This document shows positions 11,001 to 21,034 of a stretch of DNA of 28,554 nt, one piece after another; the first letter of the stretch is position 1; each line of letters begins with the position of its first letter. This DNA is from Bugula neritina (taxonomy: Eukaryota > Animalia > Bryozoa), in assembly GCA_964035545.1 (NCBI GenBank), contig CAXIUT010000217.1, positions 1 to 28,554 of the forward strand, written 5' to 3'. Both the position numbers and the translations under genes were made by a program. The notes below the pieces were generated by a model. It saw only the letters and a program-made list of their open reading frames with translations, ran no database searches and had not been told where the DNA came from.

Positions 11001-14000
11001 GGAACTCTTTTAAAACTAGTTAATCCGAAAACTCAATAAGCAGCCAGTCTTGAAGTTTTGCTCTTCTTGGCTCTCAATAGAGCAGTTTAAGCTGCGGCAA
11101 AAGGATTTAAATGTGGAATTAATGTCTTAGTTGTCGATGCTGGCAAACAAGTATGGAATGTATGTAGTCAATTACAATAAAGCAAGGCGAATCGCCAAAA
11201 AATCTAAAAACCTATCGGATAAGTTCTCAGTTATCTCAAAGAAATGAAAGAAGATAGTTAACCTGATTTATTACTTCTTCTTTCCCAACTATACTTCAAA
11301 ATAGCCTGGAAAATGAACACTATAGATAAGGATAAGTCATCACAGATATGATGCTTGATATTCTACCAAAAGGTCTACAAAGATCAGTGTGGTAAGCTAA
11401 GATGGGATTCATGTCAAAACAAGGAAAAAACGAACTTCAAGCTATCAGTAGTATCAAAGAAGCAGATCCTTCTTTACAAGCTAAATTATGGGTTAAACTG
11501 GCTAGAATAGCTCCAAATCCTTCAAAACAACAAGCTGCATATAGCAAAGCTCTATAAATATTAAGAAAAGAACATTCAGTAGAAATAGTCTAAGTTCTTA
11601 TCGAATACTCATAGTGGTAGCTGAGAGTAGGAAAATAACCTCTATAAATTATCATTAAGAATCTGTAATATGCTTCAAATTTGCTGATTTAAATCGAATA
11701 TGACCATGATATCGAAGAGGAAGATGGATAAGATGATGGAATGACGTTAAATAGTCATAGCAGAAGTCGCAGTCAATTTAGTAAAAAATCAAAGACTAGA
11801 ACAGTTAAATCTTCTCAGAAATAAATAAAAAAAGATAAAAAAATGACTGTTTCTAACAAATCAAAACCAAGTACTGTATCAAGAATGAATAGATCAGGTA
11901 GAGGTCAAAAGACAGTCAATAACAAAAACACAAAAAGTCTTTTCTCTCAAAGAGAAGAAGATCCAAATCCATAGTCACTAAATTGTGTTCATTATGAAAG
12001 ACTTTTCAGAATTTTTACTATTTTAGCCTCGATTTCAAGTGAAGGATCTAAAAAGATTGGCTATGCTCTTAATGCATGTGAGCAAGTAATCAATATTCTC
12101 AAAAAATCGATAGCCACATTTAATTAACTCCAGTAAAATGCAGCTAAACTTAATGAAAAAGAATAGAAGTCAAAATTAAAGATATAAAAAGTTCCATAAA
12201 CTATTTAAGAGTGGATAAACTACTAATTTCCAAAAGAATATCTTTAGAAGATATAAAAAAGTAGAGAACAGCAACTTTTTAGGAAGTTCTACTATCGAAA
12301 AACCATAACTCACTTATAACTATATTATTAAACTCACTAATATGATGAGAAGTATTGGACTTAACTATCAAACAATTCCTCTAAACTTCTTTAGCATGTA
12401 TCTCACTAAATATATCCTTAAAAATGATGATTACTGGCAATTGTAGCAAGTAAAAATGAAAAGATAACTCCTCGTTAGTAAACATCCAGAATAATAATCA
12501 GTAAAAGTTGATTTTTCAATCTTCAAAACTAGTGAAGATTAAATTAAAGAAGAAGTACTTAAAGCTGAATATCAAAAGGCTAACAATGTCTCTGATTCTA
12601 TTAATACTTTTGACTATCAAATAGCTCCCAATCTCATCAAGCCTTTATCCAAGTATAACTATTGGTACTAAATATCAGAATGTCTTCTTGATTTTGGTTA
12701 AATATCAACAGCTAAAAACTTTTTAACCCAATCTCTCAAATGTGCCAAAATATTAAACCATTCATAACTTATTGTCAAAATACATATTTGTCTATGTTAA
12801 ATAGCTTTTCTATAGGGATAGTATTAATAATCCATGAAACATCTTTCACTTGCCCATAGATTATGCAAATCATCAATATAATGGAAAAAGATAGTGATTT
12901 TAGCAACCAAACTTATGATCAATTTGAAAAGATATGACGCACTAAAGATCTTTTTAATCAAAGTTATGACCACAACAAGTGAATTAATAGATTAAAATTT
13001 AAAAGAAGGAAGAGATGGATCCAACTTCAAAATGGAAATACATTAACTTAAACAACTCACCATCGCAGTTGATATAGGACTGGTTAATGTAGCACTGAAA
13101 GGACTTCTTTAATAAAATATAAAATAAAATCAATAGTCTTTTAGTCTATCACTCAATGCTTTGGAAAAAAATATTAAATAAAGTCATCAAATTATATTGA
13201 CCATGCAAAACTATCAATAAATCATTTATAAATTTGAAGAAATAGTCAAAATCTATTAAACTAAAGGAGGAAATCATCTCTTTGACCTAGGAGCATCTAA
13301 TTTCCAAAAAATACTATCGATAACTAGCACTCTTCACAATAAAATCAAATAGTTTGCAGGAGTTTTGGCTTTAAGCTAACCACAAGGAGGATACTATAAC
13401 AACTTGGTCTAAATGCAAATAAAATTAGGATTCATGACAGTTAGTACTCTTTACGTTGAACATTTACTTTCGACAAGTTAAAATGCAGGCATTAATATGG
13501 AAGAAGCAGACACTGGCAATTAGATGCTAAGCAAATATATTCTTTCAGTAACAAAAGAAGTTGTCAAACACCAACAACCCGCTCCCACATAGTTAGATCA
13601 ACTATAAAATGCTTTAACTATCCTAAATGATATAGAAGTCCACATTTCATAAAAATCAGTCTACTATCCCAGACTCATCGCCATGCAAACCTTCATCAAC
13701 ACCATCATGGATAAACATTCATAATAAAGCATTTAGCTAGCAACTCAATTCAGAACATCTTTCGAAGATAGACTTTGTTCATATTAAAACGATCAACAAT
13801 GCTTCTCATATCAAAGTAAAGTCTATCAAGCACTAGTGGAACAATTTATATAAAATCCTAGTAGTGAGTATTTTTAGTACTTGAGCAAGTATCAACAAGC
13901 TTCTTCTATTGAGTCTACTTTCACTTTTTTGAAAAAGAAAATGAGTCCAAATCATAAGTTTTTATCAGCACTTAGACTCATTCAAAGAGGCTGTAGTCCT

Positions 14001-15299
14001 AAACTAACAGAAAAGCTAATATAAAGATAAAAGATATTTTCAGCAATAACTAAATATCCATCATATCAAGATAGTTTGAAATTTATTCCTAAAAATAGTT
14101 TATATATTATGATTCAACTCAACTAAAACAAAAATAAACTTTATTTTGGATTAGTTCAAAGCTAATCTTAGCCCGGAGTGAGAAAGTTTATTGGCAAAAT
14201 ATCAAATGTTTCATAACAATAACTTTCCAGTTATAAAAAGATTCAATAAATGTTACTTTAATATAAAAAAAGTATGTCCAAAACCACATTTGAAGATGCT
14301 CCAAAAATGGAAACCATAATGGCTCAAAATGAAGGAAAACTCAGATAAGTCAGAAATACACTATAATCTCTCAATTTGTGGTGGCTTAGATAAGTTATAT
14401 AGATATTAAAAACACCAAAAAGTATTGTTAATAATGCTGTTAATGAAAAAGATAAAAAAGGAGCAGCAAAAGATCAAAAAAAGAAAGGTGGAAAAGATTA
14501 AATAGCTGGATATTAATCTCCACTAGCAGCTTCTCCTTCAGGCATTTAAAGTATAGTATTTATGCTTGATTAATTCCTTTACAGTCTTCCTTACTAATAA
14601 ATGATACCATCTGAACTAGTCCCAACTGTTACCAAAGACAACAGTTTATATTGGGTTTCAAGAAAGCTTCAATAAGTGGGATTTCAGTCGTAACTAAACA
14701 ACTCAAATGGTTTCGGAGCAGACAAAGGTAAATACTTTGCCTATGACTTCAAAACTCTCGATATCAATTTTAAATAACTTTATACTCAACTAACAAAAGA
14801 AGGATAAAGTGTAAAAATGTAAGGAGTATAAAGTTCAACCCGTGTACCTGCTCTCGGCGACTACACTGATGCTTTCCAAAAAGGAGGATTTCTTTAAGTA
14901 TATGGAAACATCGATTTCGTGAACCATCTTAGATTTAATTCTTTCCTCTAATTTACAAGTTTCAACAAATTGAGGTTACTTATCATTCACGATCACCTTA
15001 ACTTCCCAAAATCTTTATTAAACAAACATACAGACATTAACAACTAATTCCCCTCAATTTTAATTGAATAATCAGACCAAGCCCTAGCTATTATATCCAA
15101 TTTGCTCAATTTAACAATCATAAAAGACAGATGGGTTTGTCCTCCAACTGAGATGTCAAACTACGTCAAAGACACATTCAAAGGCATTGCTAAGGGAACT
15201 TATATTGGAGCCGTTTTAAGACAACTTCGAAAAGAAACAGATAAGATAAATCATAATTTGATGGGATACATCCATGGACCAGCAGTGGTCAGACTCTGA
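8022..15299 (+). CDS. CFAP46: Cilia- and flagella-associated protein 46 (CFAP46/TTC40) homolog, ~2400 aa; one 21-nt intron; two single-base frame breaks (~11305, ~12260)
   Basis: NQFYIRALLVKA...RYAFLIYNASTTLYKVTRFMLRPGW...EVDEGDHNWR matches remembered CFAP46 (TQFLGRAHLCRA...[24 protein letters not shown]...EEDKEWR). Also has the IVWNIALPFL motif, and the size fits. Confidence 0.88.
8223..8243 (+). other. 21-nt (3n) intron containing an in-frame TGA
   Basis: gtaaatcttttatgattcaag. Removal eliminates the only in-frame TGA in this part of CFAP46. Confidence 0.88.
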
Positions 15300-15410
15300 T
15301 CATCATTCATTCAATTCCTTTATTAAGTTTGTTCATTTGTTAAAATATATATGACTATTTATAGGATTATCTACATATTCAAATCAAAGATATAATTTTA
15401 ATTTACTTAA

Positions 15411-16409
15411 ATGAAGTAGAATCAACCAAGTAAAGAGTTACTGGCAAAAACAACCAAATGGCTGAACCAAGATTAAGGACTCTACTCACAACACCTCCAT
15501 AATTACAACCTCTGCCTGAGCATTTAATAGCCATCTTAGAAATAAAGTTAAATAAAAAATTTGATTCAAAATTATCTCAAAACCTAACAATATCTTCAAA
15601 CTGCTTTTGAATAGTTAAAAAATCCTCGACCGAAACCTTCAAAAGATGATAGAAACAAAGAATTCAAACTAAAAATAGACTAACTAAACAAATAGATCTA
15701 AACAATCTAGTCAGATATCAATATCAAAAAGAAGAGAACTCAAATTGACTCTTATTTAGTGGTTTTGATAGTTTAGCATATAAAATATCACTTGGAAATA
15801 TTTGATAAAGTTTGGAAATAATACCGCCAATTTGAAGGATTATAAGAAGAATAATCAATAATTAATGAATTAGAATTGGTTAAAAATAATATAATTCATC
15901 AAGATAACCTCAAAAAAATAAAAATATCTATTGCTGATATTGTTAACTCATAAAATTTTGAATAATTAATAACCAATCATAGAAATCTACAAAGAAAAAG
16001 AACACAACTTATATAAGAAGTATAAAGTTACATCTAAAATGAATTATTATCAAAAGACATGACTAAACTATACTAATAAAGAACACAAAAAATATAAACA
16101 ATCAATAACCAGCAAAATAAAGTACAATAAATCAATAAAACAATCGAAAATAAAAGATAGATTATAATGAATCTATAAAATCAAATAAAGTTTGTCTAGA
16201 ATGCTACAAATATAAAAAAATAGAAATAAAAGATGAGATACAAAAATGAATAAATCGAATAAGAACAAAAAATGAGAATAAAAAAGCTTAAAGAAAGAAA
16301 GATCTAGCCATCCAAAAAGATAATAATCAATCAATAATCCCAAAAATCAACCTATTTCTTTTACTGTTTATGGCTATTGGCAATAATAATGGGATTTTAC
16401 ATTGAATGA
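15411..16409 (+). CDS. Tail-anchored coiled-coil protein (332 aa)
   Basis: 999-nt TGA-free frame. The E/K/Q-rich helical body ends in hydrophobic TYFFYCLWLLAIIMGFYIE*. Confidence 0.75.
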
Positions 16410-16436
16410 TCGATATATTTAAGTTTATAATAATAT

Positions 16437-17060
16437 ATGAATAAAAAATAAGAACAAAAATAACAAGATAGAATAAATAAAATAAAATAGGAATCAAGTA
16501 GTTATCTCAAATAGTTATAAATAGTACAATAACATTCTAAATCATTAGTAGGTTAAATTAAAAATAAGGAAAAGAATATTATTTAATAATAAAATTGTAT
16601 TATCAAGGTTAATCAGTTATCATTCACTTAAAATGATATACATAGAAGTCAAATTATGAAAAAATCACAAATTAGAGTAGATAAAGATAACAATAAGATA
16701 GAAAATATAAAATAGTTGGACACAAGCTAAGATATATTGAAAAAATAAGAATAAATCAAAAATTAGTTGCTTATCAAATAAAGATAAAAAATAATGTACA
16801 TTTTATGATATCATAGTTCGTTTTTACATCAAAAGAAGGACATGCTTTCAAAAATACTATAACTAAAAACAGATAGAGGACTCTACAATTCTCATAAACG
16901 AGTCATACTCAAATAATTCATAGAAACAGTGAGAAAATTAAACTAACAACTATAAAACAAAAACAAAATTATCTAAGAATCAGTCAAAGATTATTAACAA
17001 CAGTAACATAAAATGAAACTTTCACAAGCAAACCTCATCTCCTACCTGCAAAACAACTGA
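16437..17060 (+). CDS. Small coiled-coil protein (200 aa; one 21-nt intron)
   Basis: Frame open from ATG 16437 to TGA 17058-17060 once 16796-16816 is removed. E/K-rich. Confidence 0.7.
16796..16816 (+). other. 21-nt (3n) intron containing an in-frame TGA
   Basis: gtacattttatgatatcatag. It contains the only internal in-frame TGA of the gene. Confidence 0.78.
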
Positions 17061-17094
17061 TAATAACTACTTATCTTTATTATTTTAGATATTA

Positions 17095-17844
17095 TCATTT
17101 TAACTTCTGTTTCAAATTATCAGCAATAGCCTTCCTTATAAAATTTAACCGAATAACCGCCTAAAACTGCGAAAACTATCCCTTCAAACCATTAGTTATC
17201 GCCTCCTGTCTCAACAACCGATACACATCCACTGGAATCATCAACAGACAACTATCTTCCCCACTTTCCACCTAAACCTCCAACTTCATTCCAAACAAAC
17301 TATGCTCTCCAAAGATGGTTCCCTCCTAAGCATAGTATTTATAATCAGAGTTATAATTGATTTTTAATTTACCAAAGATAACAAAAGAAATATGATTACT
17401 AAAATTAGATAGTTAGTTTTTAGCACCCAATATTTGTATTTTACCAAGCCTAACCAAAGACTATGTAAGATGTTAACTAAATTTACAAAAAAGAACATGA
17501 TTATTTATCAACTCATTAACAAATTACTACAATACAAAAGATTTTAATATCTAGTTTGATGATTTCTGCATTGATAAATATTGCTTCATCAACGTCCTAA
17601 ACACATTCTTACCATCATCGTCACCCAATAACTATTTCTGTCTTGTTCTATGCTCTTTATATTGCTGCTAAATATACTATTCTTTCAAATTGTTTGACTA
17701 CTGGCGATGGATTTTATCCTACTATGCTGTATAAGTCATCCTTCCCTTTGAAAATGATCTCATGTTTTTTCGAGAAGTAGATAAAGGTGATATATTTCCC
17801 TTCCTTATCCCATTTCTGCTGTATTTGCGATTGATAAAATGCAT
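17095..17844 (-). CDS. Cyclic nucleotide-binding (cNMP/CAP) domain protein (249 aa)
   Basis: 750-nt open frame. HVLFCKFSEHLTESLVRLG...ISFVIFGKLKI...AEEGTIFGEHSLF...SCLLMIPVDVY follows the CNB fold pattern (GxxFGE). The phosphate-binding Arg appears to be absent. Confidence 0.8.
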
Positions 17845-17879
17845 CTGTGGTTTTATTATATATATATGTTAGATTAGTA

Positions 17880-18779
17880 TCAAATCAATGATCCTTGCTG
17901 TCCAGTTATTTGCATTTTTAGTGATTCAGCAGTCTGTTTGACTTTATTCATGACTTGTTTCATACTCATTCCATTTTATTTTTATTTTTAATCCGGTTTG
18001 CTAAACTAGCTCCAATCAGATTTCTCTTATGCTTTCATTTTAACCAAATCATTGTAAAGATTATTTCTTCCAAAGGTATTAGTAGCAAAATCATCAGAAT
18101 CAGGTCCATTAGCATCAACCTTATTAAAATTTTGAATAAAATTACCTACTCCATTTGTCTGAAAAGCATTTGTCTGGAAATTAACTGTCTAGTAAGCATT
18201 TGCTGTTACTTGAGGATTAGTTATTTGAGGTTCAGTGATTTATTACTTTTTGGTAGTAATTGATGGTTTTGGAGCAGAAGCAAATGAATCAAAATCAAAT
18301 ACTTCGAAATCGTTATTTAGAGGAGTAGTTTGTTTAGCGAAATCACCAAATTAAGAAAAAGGATCTTTCTTTTCTTTACTAAATTCACTAACAGTTTATG
18401 GTTTAACAACAAGTTTACTTGCAACCATTTAGACAAAATCTCTATTATCCAACCTCATCTAGAACTTGTTAATTTCTCCTTAAATTCTATAAATTCTACA
18501 GGTATGTCCTTGAATGATATGATTAAACTAAAAGTTATAATTCAAAATGCTACATCTCCTCATAAATACCTTTTCTAACTATACACCTAACTCCCATTCA
18601 AAGTCACCACTCTCTTCCCAGAAAGAGTCGAACTCGCCAACTCCATTATATACTCAGTCCCATTAATAGCAAACTTCCACCTAAAACGACGTTTAGACCT
18701 ATCATTAATCAAACTTATACTCAGCCACTTTCTTTCCACAGTCGAATTCTTAAAAACTAATAGCTTCAACACCTTGCAT
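17880..18779 (-). CDS. FAIM1-like N-terminal domain protein with disordered DPF/FGDF/DDF-motif tail (285 aa; 22- and 20-nt introns)
   Basis: WKFAINGTEYIMELASSTLSGKRVVTLNGSEV resembles FAIM (WDVALSDGVHKIEFEHGTTSGKRVVYVDGKE). The tail has KDPFSEFGDFAK, FDFDSF, DSDDFA and DWSEF. The spliced length is 858 nt. Confidence 0.78.
18550..18569 (-). other. 20-nt intron
   Basis: gtatttatgaggagatgtag. Removal is required to avoid a TGA and join the long downstream frame. Confidence 0.88.
18699..18720 (-). other. 22-nt intron
   Basis: gtataagtttgattaatgatag. It joins CGKKVAE to SKRRFRWKF. Confidence 0.85.
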
Positions 18780-18851
18780 AGAACAGTTAGAATAGATTAT
18801 TTATTTAAATCGATTTAGAATATCCCAATCATACCTTATAATATTAATCAA

Positions 18852-20957
18852 ATGAGAGCGGCACATAAACTCAAAATGACCTAAGTCAGAAACATCCAAA
18901 AGAACATGAAATAAAAATTGGATAAAGAAGTAGATGCTCTTAATCAACTCATGGACCTACCAGATTTTGACACCTCAGAGTAGTTAATATCCAATATAGG
19001 TTTTTTCAAACCCTTCTTAAAAGCGATAACTACATGCAAGTTTTATAAAAAATACCAGAATAAAAGAAAATATATTTTTTTGCTAAAAACTACCAAGCAT
19101 TCCTCTAAACGCAAGATGAATTGCTAAAATTATAAATACCAAAACTATAAGAAATACCAAAAGCAAAACAGTTTACATTTTAGCAATAGAAGTAATAGGA
19201 ACAAGTATAAAATTTTGAATAATCATCTGTGTTATAGATAATCGATTCATTTTCATCCTTTGTTTTATAAAAGAATCAATAGTAAACTTTAAGAGTATTT
19301 CAAATAATTCAATAAATGAAAAAACATAGCAAATACAAACCCTATTTTGACAACTATTCAACCAACAAGATCTTCCTATAAACCTACAACTCATTCATCG
19401 ACAACTGCAACAACGTACTAAACACTTCTAAAAATAAACTAATACGACAAAGCGATTGAAGTATATCTGGATTAGAAGTAAACATGCATATTGGGCGAGA
19501 TAAAAGTAAATTTAAATATAAATGATAGTACAAAATCAATGGGAAAGTAGATGTATCGTTTGATATAATTTATATAAAATTAGACTAAGCTATTTAAAGT
19601 TAGATTCAAAAGATAACTATAAAAACATTAATATATCAATGCCAAAATAGGATAATGGATTAGCAAATTAACTAAAAATTATTATTCTCTAGTATAGTCA
19701 CATATCTACTAAAAATAATAACTATCAGAAATACTATAAACACTCAATATCATCCTATAAAAATCTACATAGCTATAATCCAAAGGTATTTCACTTGAGA
19801 GATAACTCAAATAAATGATATCAGCCGATCTGCCTCTCCATATTTCTAAAGTCATATAGATAATAGTCGATTCAGTAAACTAGATTTTAAAATAAAAAAA
19901 TTAGCTATACTAATTCAGCTATTTCAGTTCTATCAGAAAGTTTTCGACATAACTAGGTAATTTAAAACTCATCAATAAATAAGATTTTGGTATAAAATGT
20001 GCTACATGCAAAGGAATCATACTGGTCAACTCTTTCATATTAATTTTATCTACTCTTTGTGATTAAAAATGGGCTTTTATACATGAAGGCGTTATCAGCA
20101 TTCTTATCAATAAAATAGCTTTAAACATTTTGAACTGCACTCTTCATTACTGGGACTACTACTTCATTTATCTTTTCTTTGAGAGACTAGCAATAGGCAA
20201 AGTAAGACATCGCTAGCTATTTTCAGGTGATGATATTCATCCAGGTTTACAATAAAAACTCCAAAAAATAAAACATCTATCATAATCCTCATGGTAACTA
20301 TTCTAAAATAAACTAGCCCACTAATTTTTCAAATAAATACTATCAACAATTCCATAATAACTGTTTTTATTCAAAAAATACGGATACGACCTTTAGAAAC
20401 AAGATCTCAAACCATCAACTTTCAGCATTAGCATCATTTTTCAATTATAAGAATTTTTCAAACAAATCCAGTATAGAATAAGTGAGCATCAAATCGAATA
20501 TATCGCTATCACTTTTTATTAATATATTTTATATACCATTTAGTATGTTTTATTTTGGACATATCATAAGAAAGGAACCCATGATAAAGTCTTCACATTG
20601 AATGCGAAACAATAAAAACTATTCAAAAAAGCTAAAGAGTTTAATTTTCTAGATCTAGAAGATATTAAAAAAAATAATATACTAGAACTGTCCAAAATCA
20701 ATAAATATGGTCTATACAAGCTAACATTCGAGATATACTTTATCACAGATATTTATAAAATTATAACGAAGGCCAGTAAAATCGATTGCTAGCACTTTAA
20801 TAGTCGATTAGCTAAAATAATGGCAAAAGATCAAAATAAATAAGTTATCGATGTCTCCAAACAACATTTTCAATAAATTTTGAATAAAATGATCAATATT
20901 TATCAGTAAAAACCAGAAAAAATGAAAAGCTACCTCCAAGATAAAAGAAAACAATGA
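18852..20957 (+). CDS. Exo84/Vps51-like CATCHR tethering-complex subunit (~694 aa; one 20-nt intron; one frame break at ~19410-19440)
   Basis: The N-terminal FDTSEFFQTLL...FAKNYQAFLETQDELLKLE resembles the Vps51/Exo84 N domain. The central LLKINEYDKAIEVYL...KIGEWIS...ELESKGISLEREL resembles the Exo84 C-terminal helical domain (LIRLGQCTKACELFL...FVVWAR...LGDIGLDLTF). Confidence 0.68.
18980..18999 (+). other. 20-nt intron
   Basis: gtagttaatatccaatatag. Removal shifts into the Glu-rich frame carrying the Vps51-like motif. Confidence 0.85.
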
Positions 20958-21034
20958 TATTCATCTGCTATTATCATATTATCTATATTAGACATATTGA
21001 CCAAATTACGATTTAAAAATTAGAAATAAAGAAA

